DNA of 35,577 nucleotides from Choristocarpus tenellus KU-1152 (taxonomy: Eukaryota > Protista > Phaeophyceae), in the NCBI GenBank assembly GCA_964200185.2, contig CAXNAD020000050.1, positions 1-35,577 on the forward strand, in the 5' to 3' direction. The position numbers were made by a program, and so were the translations under genes. Shown here piece by piece: positions 24,601 to 35,577 of the stretch. Positions within the stretch are counted from its first letter, which is position 1, and every line of letters starts with the position of its first letter. The notes below the pieces were generated by a model, which saw nothing but the letters and a program-made list of their open reading frames with translations, did no database searches and was not told the origin of the DNA.

Positions 24601-27600
24601 CAAGTGAAATGATTTTAAAGTTTCCTAGAGGTACCTCAACCATTGTTGAATAAGGCCTGTTTTGAGTTTGTAGATTGTGCCATGATCTTGACAAGCTGAT
24701 AACATCATCAGACGATTGAACTCTGAACTCACTCAGAAAGCACTCTATCTCATGAAACAGTCACATGCTGTCACCAGGTCCGATGGCAGCAGCCTAAGAC
24801 CAAATGAATCTACCAACTGTCACAAACTGCAGCAGCAAACAAAGAACCGTTTTATTGTGTTTTGAGAACCATTTATCAATATCCGCTACAAAACGGCGCA
24901 GTTGCTAACCCTAACCCCAACCCCCAATACCCAGGAATGCTCTGTAGATGCACTTAGAGAAGGTGTGTAAACACTCCATATACCAGGCAGTCCTTGGTTG
25001 TCAGGAACTTGGCAGGGACATGCAGGGACCTTATAGTCACAAATCAATTAATTGCCATCACAATAAAGCTGTGTTTGCTGGACTGTGGCATTGAAAAGCC
25101 CTTCCCAAGCCATTTTGCACAAGGAATCTGATTCTCACCACCATACAAACACTCACTCATGCTGCGGAAATTCTGTAAATCAAGAAGCACTATCTAGTTA
25201 GTCCATCACCGCAGAATGAAAGCGGACCCCATAGTTCAACGTCAAGTAACACTACCTTCAACTGAACAGTACCTGACTGCATCAAACCAGTCCAGTGAAT
25301 ATCTAACCTCTTTATGACATCATTTCAGAAATATGCACGCATATCTTTGTCGCAGTAGCAGTTGATTGCACCTTCCAAATATTCAAAAATCAGTACAAAT
25401 AGTTGTAAATATTGCATACCCAGGGGCAAATCGAACAAATTTAGATTCCAGTTGATAAGCAGGGTTAAATTTCTCAAGCAACTAATGCAAATAGATACAA
25501 TTTTGACACATATCAAACCAAGTGCTATGTATGATACTTGGCACTTGTAGACAAGAAAGGTGTCAAGTGCGGACCAAAGTAGACCCAAGACTAAGGCACA
25601 AGTCAAAAGGTTGAATTGTGGCGCACATCAACAAGGGACACCCCAGAGCCCCCCTGCACAGCCAAGCAAGGGCATTACCCTTTAAATTCGGCATTAACTA
25701 TTTCCAACAAATAGATTCATCAAAGCCTACTGCTAGGCCTCAAACAGAACACAAATTTAGCTGTGTCAAAAAAAAGTGATCATTTTTTCTCTCTTCAAAA
25801 AAATGTAAATGGTAAAGTAACTGTTATTCACTTGTTCACTTTATATACCTGGGGATTTCATGGTTCCACTCAAGAGGCAAAAGATTTTGCCTTCTATCCA
25901 CTGACTGCCTCTACCCTAATGCTCACTAACTAGGAGGTATCACTCTTCAATCTTCTAATCTCCTCATCATACTACTTCCACATCCCTTCTCCTGCTCATT
26001 GTGTAGTTGTAGTGTGATGATTGCTGCTTGCAAAAGGGATGATGAGTCTCTGTTGGACAAGAACTATCAAAAGAGGTGCCAAGCTTGTGTTCTTGACTAC
26101 GGAACCTACCGCTTCTCACGCCTAATGCAGCAGTGTTCTCACACTTTAAAAAAAAACCACAGTATGAAAATTTTCGACTCTGACGTAGGTACAACAAGAG
26201 CACAGTGATACACAGTGTATAGAGCATCATAGGTGCTATGTGGTACACTGACCTGTCTGAAAGTACACACACTTGTCCCAATTTTATTATTTATTTCTTC
26301 AGCATCTACTGTAGGTCTGAACAATTTGTAAGCGTGCAAAGAAGTGCCCTCAAACCTTCATGCCCACTCTATTATAGCGGCTTGATTGTGACTATTCATC
26401 AGCAAGCACATCTGGGATTGAAAATTAAGCCCTACCCCACACAAGGAAGAGTGGCTATAGTATCCTATGTCGGTATGTTGTATGGGAGGCAGGGGACAGT
26501 CTGGTATACACAAAGATTGGGCTCCTCCGAGTCCCTCATGACCTGCCGTAGTCAGCAAAAATAAAACCACTGTTTCATACGAGTGATTTGAACATGAAAG
26601 GCATCCCAGTCCTTTACAATCTCTTTTTCTCATATGATTACTACACAGGTGATGGGACCAGACAATCCCTCCTGAGTTTCCTTTTGGGGGCTATTGCAGA
26701 ATAGCATCTGTTATGACCTACCTACAGATTAGGTCACAATAAAGGAGAAAATGGTATATAGAATTCTGGTTGCTGTTTACGCAAAATTGCAAGCCCCTGC
26801 AGGGTGTGCAATGGAGAGAAAGAGTATTGTTCACAGATTCTGTACCAATGGAAAGTATTGTTCACGGATACTGTGTCCTATTCCACAGTGTATCAAGGAG
26901 AATCAACCAAGAACATTCATCAGCAGTTGAACATTGTCTATGCTTAGCAACAGTCCCACCATGCAAGTAACAATATTTTCAAACCTGAAAATGCTTGTCG
27001 AGTGCATCATACTCCTTGGTGTAGGACCTGAGCTGACGACTGACAGCATTTGACGTATACTTGGGGAGAGGAGAAAGCTTGCCATGAAGAATAAGAGAAA
27101 CCAACACCATCTTCTTGTATGCTTCTACCACTAACGCACTGAGAGTGTTAGCAGGGGTAGATATCACCTGAACAAGGGGCGGCATACCAGTCAGCACACA
27201 CAAAAAAGAGCCTCGATGTCAAATAAATACCTACTTATAAAAACTACATGCACCATGCTTACAGATAGTCATTCTCAATCCAAGTACATTGGTTTACCGT
27301 ACAGAAGCTGTCCAGGGCGTCCTTCCACCTCTTGGTGCCAACATAAACAACTCCGCCATAGTAGAAATAGCGCAGGAGGTGGGGTGGTGTCAGTCCAGTC
27401 TTTTTGGGATCAACACTGAAGATTGACCTTTGGTCCATGAAGTGAGCACCCATGGTGTAACACTTCGCCTTTATACAGCACTGTGCTCAACAAGCGAGGT
27501 TGGCAGGGGCAGGAGAGAGGAAAGTGTTGAAAAAACCTCAAATAACAAGCAGGAACAAAAGGAGGGTAGCCTTTCACATCTTGGACACAAGGTGTGTTGG

Positions 27601-29767
27601 ACAAGACAAAAGCCAATGCAATCTTTGAGGAAACCCCAGAACAAACCCATTGTACCCTCCTAACAAAGATCGTGAAGGCTGCGGCAACTCATCATTAAAA
27701 ACACATCTGCCAAAGTTCATCATGTTCATCCACCTACCCACAATTACCACAGGGAACCCAGCAAGAATATCACAGGGCATACAATATATGCTCAACACAT
27801 GTCAACACTCAATCAATCGCAGTGGGATTTAGGGCTGACACAGTGGAAGCTGGTCAACTCATCACAGAACAGGAAAATAAGCTAGATCAAATTGGTGCCA
27901 ACTGACCATTGCAAAACAGGAAATCATTTACATGTGATGAAGTCACTTACCTAGAAGCTAGTTATTGATAATTAGCCGAGGTAGCTCATGGCATCTTGGG
28001 TGCATATCACAAAGTAAGATAATAGTCAACATATGCACAATCTGTGTCCAGAAATAAGTCAATACTATCACACACACCTTTTCACACTACTTAGGGGGGA
28101 AAGGGTGGCAAAGCTTGGAAGAATAACCATTTTGCAGGTCACAAACTTGACCAGGGATGACAGAGCATCACCTGGCCAAGGTTGGAGGAGGTTCAAAGTG
28201 GATCGACTAGTGCATTACCCAGTAGATGCATCTACTAACTACTGTCCTTCTAACAATCACCTCTCCATGCATAGTTATCACTCCACTTGCGATACAGATT
28301 GTACAAATGATCTATTACAAGAGGCCTTCCCCCCAGACAGCAGAAGTACCCATCACGGACTCACTTCCCGCATTTGGAGTTCTCAGTTCCATGCCCCTAC
28401 TTCATCAAAATGGTGAAAGGGATTTAAAAAATGCTACTATTAACTTGCCAACAAAAAACATTAATTGAGCTTGACAATTTTGACAAAATATGACACACAT
28501 CTTTGTTCGACTTTCACCATTGCTTGGTTTGAATCCAAGTGACACAATGCACATCATGTCTCTTACCTCGTTTGTACTTCTTGGCGTATCAATCTACCAC
28601 CAATCCACATATATCTATCATTGTACTACCTCTTAAAAGGAAGTCAACAGTAACATAGTTTGGTCTGCTCCAAAACACAGCACTAATTTTCTATGCTGAT
28701 AAGAGTCATTACTCACATGCAAATAGTCTGCATGGACGGGGCTCAAGCATGTTGCGGTCGCAGCAAGCTTGTCTGATGCAGACCTCAATGGTAAGATTGC
28801 CTGCATTGCATGCCCCTCCGAAATGCACAGCTGAGAGAACTTGTGGCAGAGGTTTGCAACTGCTAGGGAAGATGTTGGGTTGAGGTTTGATTGAAAGGGC
28901 ACATAACACGATTGTTCTTCGCGGATGGACAGCTTCCATACCACCAGACATACTGAGTTTGCCTGAACAATCGGACTGAACACCAGTAGCCTTTACCTGG
29001 TCTTTTTCATACTGCCAACGAAAAAATCATATTTGCAACAGGGCTGTAGAGGATGTCCACACTCAAACACCGACTCAGTATCCGATGAAGAGAGCACGGC
29101 GTCAACACGTTTTCACCATGCGATTTGATTAAAACAGATTACGAACCCTGCAATTTACTCACAAATTTTGGGTGCAACTGAAACTTGAGCACGACAACAA
29201 TCCCGCAGAAAACGCCCTGTAACCTCCACGAAAGATGTTGCGTCACGCGATTGGAGTACCTCGGCTTGAGCAGAACTAAGAAATATGAACAATGAGAGAG
29301 ACAGGGACAGAGCGGGTGTGTGTTGCGCCAGAGAAGTCAAATCATCCCACTAGCAAAACCTTGGTTATCTCGAAAGACTGATATCTAGAGAGGTTGGTGG
29401 ATAAAACTAAGGGATGGTGGAGGATATCAACGCAGTTGAAGGACTCACAGTAGATGGAGGATGACCAATGAGCTCTGTTTGACATCCAGCATTCGTGCCT
29501 GAACAAGCAGGGGACTAAATCCACCACCACTGTGAGCTATATATTCTTCTCCTTGGAAAAAAGAAGTAGCCACCCCTCTCAGTGCTTCCCCCTAATTGAA
29601 AATTACAGATACCAAAGTACAAAAGTTAGAAATTTCGCCAATTGAAGCAATAGTGAAAAACGTGAGTTTGATCGAGATAATACCTGTTGAGAGAGATAGT
29701 TATGGAGAGATGCGAGCTCATAGTCGGAACTAATGAGCTTCGAGATATGGTCGAGTGCAGTCTCCAT
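21688..29767 (-). CDS. CSN3: COP9 signalosome complex subunit 3 (PCI domain)
   Basis: Exons 5' to 3': 29767-29684, 29591-29449, 29275-29163, 28859(or 28862)-28717, 27480-27298, 27167-26985, 24539-24480, 22170-22074, 21944-21688, plus an uncertain last exon; all GT-AG and in frame. Motifs: LSPVHADYLHCCIKAKCY, LRYFYYGGVVY, EAYKKMVLVSLILHGK, LPKYTS, DQNTGLVKQV, LTHTYITLSLEDIA, ILRMVESGEISAKI, VNPQYIQK. Confidence 0.93.
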
Positions 29768-30259
29768 GTTGGGAAAGAGAGTTGATCGATCTGTGCACCT
29801 ATGGAGGTGTTGGAGACAAAATTGAGGAAGAGTGTTACACGACAGATAATGGTATACCTTTGTTGCACCTTTCGATATTTTTGGGGATGTGGATACTACT
29901 ATCTCCTCTACTTTAGCACTCTTTCAAGGTTCTACCACTAGCGAAACAAAACACCTTCCTACCTTGGTGGAGTGATTTATCTATCGTGTGAGGTAGGAAA
30001 TTTGTTGGGTAATCACACCTTCAGTATACTGGAGGTAGGAGTTAGACCGGGAAATATGGATCAAGGAGGATCTCAGAACATTAGCGGTGAGAGTTGCAGC
30101 AACATTCTGAACTCAAGCTATTTTTGCACCCTACTATTTGTTCAATCTACTTGCAGTGCAGATATGCCGCTATGCATCTATGCAGCAGTGCAAAATATGA
30201 TACACTACGCCGAGCCATACCTGATCTTCCCTCATCTTAATTCGCTTGCATCCTCTTTG
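29768..30259. promoter_or_regulatory. Shared, probably bidirectional, upstream region of CSN3 and CSN8
   Basis: 492 bp between divergent ATGs. Contains a near-perfect 20-bp palindrome (30017-30036) and AGGTAGGA in both orientations. Confidence 0.65.
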
Positions 30260-32461
30260 ATGATGACAGAGACTGAGGACGGGACTCTGTCCAGCTATCA
30301 CAAGCATATCACAATACTACTTCAGAGTGGGGATTACTCTCGTGCTCTCCAAGTTTGTGAAGAAGTAGAGCTCTTGGTAAGTACTCTCCACCCTTCCTCT
30401 CTGAAGTTATACTATGTCAAATTGCATCTCACATTTGGATCAGAAGCCCGCCCACCTTAACACATGTTGGCACCCACTTTTCTACTGCCCAATCCTTGCC
30501 CTCAGACAAGTTCCAGTGGTGGCAAGGATGACTCGCACTGGCTTAAGGTGCAAATGGCTCTATACTACATCACTGACGATGTGTGAGTGTGTCGCACCCT
30601 TTGAAAGTCCTCCACAACATACACACGTATTGCATACATTGAAACGTAATCCACAGTTTTGATAACTGTCCTATTCCCGTGCATTCACCATATTTTCTAA
30701 CGCAGCAACAACGCACGTCACCTGTGGAGGAGACTCCCGATGTCGGCTAAGACACAGGGAGGGGAGGTAGCTGTACTTTGGGAAGTGGGAAAATGCCTGT
30801 GGGTGAGGTGAGGTACTTGAAAATCTGGTGTGGGGATGGATATTCTCGACAAGCGAAAAATTCTGCAGTCAACATGTTGAGACAGGGTGATTTGAATGCA
30901 TATGTCAGAGTGATTTTCACCATTCCAGTATTGGTGATATTGACAAGACTACCTGGACGCCTTGGCCTTGTGCAACTTTGTATCTTCCTTAACCATGTTA
31001 TTTTACTGAAGGCAACAGCTTGAAATTCTCTTCCATCATTTCCTCACCTAGGGATATGGAGGGTGCACATGCTCAATTACGGGGAGTGAACTGGGGTCAT
31101 GAGATTGATCCAATTATTTCTTTAGTTCGTCGCCACCTGGTAGATAGACAGCTTGGCCTAATACGCGGAGCCTACTCTACAGTTCCATTGAAGCGTGTGG
31201 CTGCAATGTTAGGCTACACCACTTCTGAGGCTGAGCATGGTGAGTTCTTCACTCTTTATTACTCGGGCATTAGTAAGGCAAGGGTTGTGCTGCATATTGG
31301 TTGGATATCTGAATGTTCAACAAGATCTATTTGCTGCCTCACAACATTGAACAAAGGGATATACCATTGCATGAGGAAACCCATATGGAATGGAGTCCAA
31401 CGTTTTGACAAGCACTGTGTCAAGTAGTGAATCATATCTTGCTCGAGCTCTTCATTAAGTAGCAATGTCATATTGGCTGGGCATACAGCATTTTTGCAGT
31501 CATGTGAGGACTGCGAGGAGATGTATACAGGTACAAGTACCAAATGCACAAAGACATTGGATCCTCCTTGACCACAAATACTTACCAATATTTAAAATAA
31601 TTCCTCAGTTATTTTATTGTTCTTCTGATCAATACAATGTGCTTATATCAAAGGAAGAATATGGTGTCCCCACTCCACACCTGCACAAGTTAGTAGAACA
31701 CAAATCTAATGACCAGTATACCATCATTCAAATACCACAAGTCTCAATTTCTCACAGACTGGTATGATAAACTTCTCGGCGTGTATTTCTCTTTTTCCTC
31801 GGTCAGGAACTTACAAAATGTGATTCTGCCTTCTCAGGTGACTTTCTGTGTGGGGATTGTTATCTAGGGACCCCTTATAATATTCAGACTATTGTTCTGT
31901 GGTTTTGCAGAGTGTCCAATTTCGTTTCCCATGGCAAGCATCCTAATAACCACCGTGCGGTTTCAATGACTGTGGAAGATTATTGAGGTTACAGTGGAGT
32001 CACCTCTATTTCGTCATTTTTTGTCACAAATGTTTTGCACCACACCTATGCCTCATCAGTGGTTGAAAGGGTAAATCCTTCACGCTTTGATTTTGACATG
32101 ATGAGATGACCAAGAAGTCACACAACACTAGTGGCAATCATCTCTGTTGATAGCATGTCACAATGCCACCTTCAATCATCCCTTACGCTGGAAATGCTCA
32201 CTATTAGTATATAAATGCTTCTATTTAAATGTGTTTCTATGCACAACTGATTACTGCCAGTGAACCCGTTCTTTCGCATTACTCTGTACAGAATGTGTGT
32301 CCAGAGGGTGGACAGTCAATATAAGAGGAGAAGAGCAAGTAGTGAAACCACAACAGGAAAGGGTTGGGCAAGATGTTCAAACCACTCCACAGCATCTGCA
32401 AGCAATGGCCCGCCACATCACCTTCCTGGAGCAGAGGAGCCTTTCTTCTTCAACACAATAG
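30260..32461 (+). CDS. CSN8: COP9 signalosome complex subunit 8, 217 aa
   Basis: Exons 30260-30376, 30506-30582, 30706-30807, 31052-31239, 32292-32461 join in frame (654 nt). Motifs: CEEVEL, NNARHLWRRLP, LWEVGKCLWVRD, LIRGAYSTV...AAMLG, RGW and C-terminal HLQAMARHITFLE, matching CSN8 (NARYLWKRIP; LxxLTDYVAFLE). Confidence 0.9.
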
Positions 32462-34477
32462 AGCTTGAGAAGCTGAAATCCTGTAGCCTACAAAGCCGTT
32501 GTGTAGAACACCAGGGTGATTTGAATCGCATCTTTCTTAGCAGGTTGCCTCTCAGTGTAGGTATGTCATAATAGTATATTTGTATAAATAACTACTTGAA
32601 CACTTCCAATATTATCCAAGATTCTCTTCATGTTTTTCGGTCTGAAGTTTGTGCAAAATTTACAGCAACAGCTTGCACCAAGAAGCCAAGATATTTTTTA
32701 CTTCTTTTTGTTACATCTCTCTTACTCTCTAAGCCTGCCTCTTTCATTGTACATGGTTGATTTGTATTTTTTGTATTTCGATTTTTAAGTTGACATCAGT
32801 GAGTTGAAGTTTGTTATTTTCTGACATGGCAATCTGCATATTTTGCACTGGAATAACTGGTAAGATATGGCAACCATTTTGTCAAAATGGAGGTACATCC
32901 CTCTTAGTGTCAAACAAATATCAGAGTACAAGTCTGCAATGTATACCCCGAGAGAAATTGTGGAATCTTCGTGTACCACAAGAGACCTTTAATTCCCACT
33001 TTCCTCTGCACTATCATCAGCCAAAGAGGATAGCTACTCTGACCAAACTCAGACACTGGGTTTTATGTATAGTACTACCATCTATTATTTATTCATTGAG
33101 TTAAAAGAGTGGGATTTGGTCTTGAGACTATCCATCACTACAGTTGGAATTACAGATTGAATAGAGGGTTCTAACAGAAAGTTTGTTGGAAATTTAATGG
33201 ATTTCTTACAGTACACTCAAGATAAAAGTATGAAGAGGGTATAGTGAACACATGCTGATATGGCAAGTATGGTTCCCTCTTGTTTCTTTAGGTGTTACGC
33301 CAGTTTGAACTGGCAAACAAAACAGTAGTCATACTTTGAGAATGATGAACTGTAACCTCCTGTGTCCACAAGACTACAAAATTATACTCCTTGCTCATAC
33401 ATGCTAGTGTCATCCTTGGTTCAACAGGTCAGGTTGCCATCAAGATATTTTTGCTTCCTCTCTCACCTTCACATTGTAGTGCATTATGTTACTTATCATG
33501 CACATTATCTAGAGGCAACAATTAGATTAGCTAAGGCAATGAAGTTCTTGGTAAATCAATGGTTTGTGTCAACTGGTACAACTGTCAGGGACACATCAGG
33601 CACCGTATTTCCTTCCTTAAATATCTGGTTTGATGAATGCTTGATATGGCACCATTGCATGAAATGCCACAGATGTATCATTGCCTCGCGATTCTAGGTA
33701 TAGTTCTGATTAGGCTAGAGGTAAACGGTGGTGTGTGAAAACTATTCACTGACAGTATCATGTGCCCCATGGTAGTAACCACGTTGCATGTCTACATTAC
33801 AAAAAGATTGACCCCCATTCTCTAATCCGTTGTGTGTTGGTCTCTTTTGTGGATAAGAAGTTGTTCAATTGGAGATCAAGAGAATTCATTCCATGGTCAA
33901 AATGTAAGCTGGAACTGATCTTTGCATATATTTTGTTTTATGTGCATGCATTCGACTTTGCAGCATCATCACTCTATTGCACTGCATGGTTGTGGCATGG
34001 GGGAGCTACAGTACAATGTCTCATCCACGACATTGTATTAGTCACAAACTTGCAAAACTTGCCTTCATACGTGATACCCTGAGCTGGTGAGGCAAACTAA
34101 TCATTTCTAGAATCAGTTGCTGATGCTCAGTTCATCTTTATTATTTGACGATCCAGAAAAGAGATGTGAAAGTTGCAATCTATCAGATCACCAGGATCTG
34201 GTAAGACCATTATTTTATTAACATATCTTAAAACGCTACTGATGTGTACATGCTCACAGGCGCGGGGCATGACTTTTATCAAAAAGTGGATAAGGCCAAT
34301 AATCCACATTCTATGGACGCCGCAAAAGCAGGGAGCAAAGACACAGCAAAACACAAAAAAATGTGGAAAGCCACCTGTTCTAAATTCTACAGATTTCCAG
34401 CACTATGGAAAAAAAATTCAAAGCAGCCATTGCTCTCACAGAAAACTCATTTACGCGCCAGTAAAATTGCGTCTACC

Positions 34478-35161
34478 TCACCATAAACCCAAAAAACCCT
34501 TCTTCTTCTCGCCGTTCAGCTGAGCCTTTAGTTTGGCCTCCTTCTTCTTCGCCTCGGCCTCCTCGCGAGCCAGACGAGACTTTGTCTCTTTACTCATGGG
34601 CAATACTGAGCCGGGCCTTTTCCAATTCTTCTGCCTCGCCCTCGGGTCGATTGCTTTGGGATCCATCTTCTCGAACTTCACGTTCCAGGGAAGCGGAGCT
34701 CCACCAAAGATCGACACGCTCTGTTCCTTCACATAGCCCCCGCTTGCATATTTCTTGTCTGTCTCCAACCATTTCTTCTCTGCCTTCTTTTTCTTGTTCA
34801 GGTCGGAGTCATCCCAAGCGCCACCTCGCTGCATGTACGGAACGTCCTTCATGGCAATCTCGCCGCTCTTCACCTTCTTCGGGTCAACAGGAAATAGATG
34901 TCCTGCACCTGCCTCCTGCCACGCCTGAAAGCTACGGCTCTTGAACCTGTTGGGACCTATTTTTCCCAAGTTCTTCTTCGCTTCCTTCTCCTTTGCTTGG
35001 ATCTTCTTCCACTCCTCTGCACTCAAGCCATCTGGGACGTAACCCATGGAAAGGGCCGCTGGTGACATACGACCAACACGACCCAATGTGCTGGAAGGAC
35101 CAAAGCCGTCCACAGCCGTGCCCGAAAGGACAGCAAGCGTAAGGGCAACGGTGGAACGCAT
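34478..35161 (-). CDS. Intronless gene for a Lys-rich, putatively plastid-targeted protein of unknown function, 227 aa
   Basis: The ATG at 35161 gives a signal peptide (MRSTVALTLAVLSGTAVDG) followed by F at +1 (ASAFAP-type junction) and an S/R-rich transit peptide. Mature part contains YVPDGLSAEEWKK, FKSRSFQ, HLFPV and VPYMQRGGAWDDSD. Confidence 0.88.
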   Translation of the reverse strand: MRSTVALTLAVLSGTAVDGFGPSSTLGRVGRMSPAALSMGYVPDGLSAEEWKKIQAKEKEAKKNLGKIGPNRFKSRSFQAWQEAGAGHLFPVDPKKVKSGEIAMKDVPYMQRGGAWDDSDLNKKKKAEKKWLETDKKYASGGYVKEQSVSIFGGAPLPWNVKFEKMDPKAIDPRARQKNWKRPGSVLPMSKETKSRLAREEAEAKKKEAKLKAQLNGEKKKGFLGLW

Positions 35162-35497
35162 CCTTCCCACTTGGTCTAATTCTAGTGTGTCTACTATCAA
35201 GTTGCCCAAGGAAAACGTGGTGTGGCGAAGTGAGGTTGGTGGGCTTTTACATGTTTATGTAGGGTTTTTTATCAATATGCATAGTCAGGTACCAAATGAT
35301 GGTGACGTGTGCTTGACCCAATCATATCAAAGAACACAACAAACGAATAATTAAACCCCACCTCACGTCACATCTAACACAAACTGAAATACTATCAGTA
35401 GTAGGCCATTGAAATATCAAGATAACAATAAAAGAAGTCCAATATTCTTTACATGATCTTTTTTCCATTGTTTGTTTTGTTGTCTTCTCTGTATTTC

Positions 35498-35577
35498 TTG
35501 TTATCCTATATATATTATGCCCTCTGACATTTTGCAGATGTGTCAGGGGAAAACCAATGAAAACTATATACATATGT
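35498..35577 (-). repeat. Dispersed repeat, copy 3, upstream of the plastid-protein gene; may extend past the window edge
   Basis: Aligns with 15346-15394 (same strand) and 16701-16778 (opposite strand). Confidence 0.75.

Noticed and set aside
29540-29560. ttccaag as acceptor for CSN3 exon 2
   Set aside because: Out of frame with exon 1; the ttag acceptor before 29591 has a CTAAC branch point and keeps the frame.
29972-30259. N-terminal extension of the 162-aa ORF ahead of CSN8
   Set aside because: GTG start; CSN8 similarity begins only near 30260, which gives a normal-length protein.
21688-32461. Alternative identity as proteasome lid RPN3 and RPN12
   Set aside because: YYGG, EAYKK, LPKYTS and NARxLWxRxP fit CSN3 and CSN8 better; phylogeny would settle it.
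35162-35209. 16-codon extension of the plastid-protein ORF
   Set aside because: TTG start; the ATG at 35161 places the signal peptide at the N-terminus.
34533-35354. Overlapping ORFs on the plus strand and alternate frame
   Set aside because: Shadows of the GC-rich minus-strand CDS.
1-35577. tRNA, rRNA, CRISPR arrays or prokaryotic operons
   Set aside because: None seen; the DNA is spliceosomal-intron-containing eukaryotic sequence.

Overview
Intron-rich eukaryotic nuclear DNA, most likely from a flagellated photosynthetic stramenopile (inferred from an axonemal dynein and bipartite plastid-targeting presequences). From left to right: the 5' end of an LTR retrotransposon (minus strand, inside a dynein intron); the last 20 exons of an inner-arm axonemal dynein heavy chain (1177-13684, +); a small two-exon gene of unknown function (~16969-17507, +); a decayed hAT transposase; COP9 signalosome subunit 3 (minus) and subunit 8 (plus) arranged head-to-head with start codons 492 bp apart; and an intronless gene for a plastid-targeted protein (34478-35161, -). 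The main observation is the divergent CSN3/CSN8 pair, two directly interacting subunits of one complex sharing a very small symmetric upstream region. Also notable are a 50-80 bp element repeated upstream of two putative plastid-protein genes and a strongly skewed intron architecture in the dynein (GC donors, AG|G junctions, phase 0). All exon boundaries were read by hand; no searches were run.
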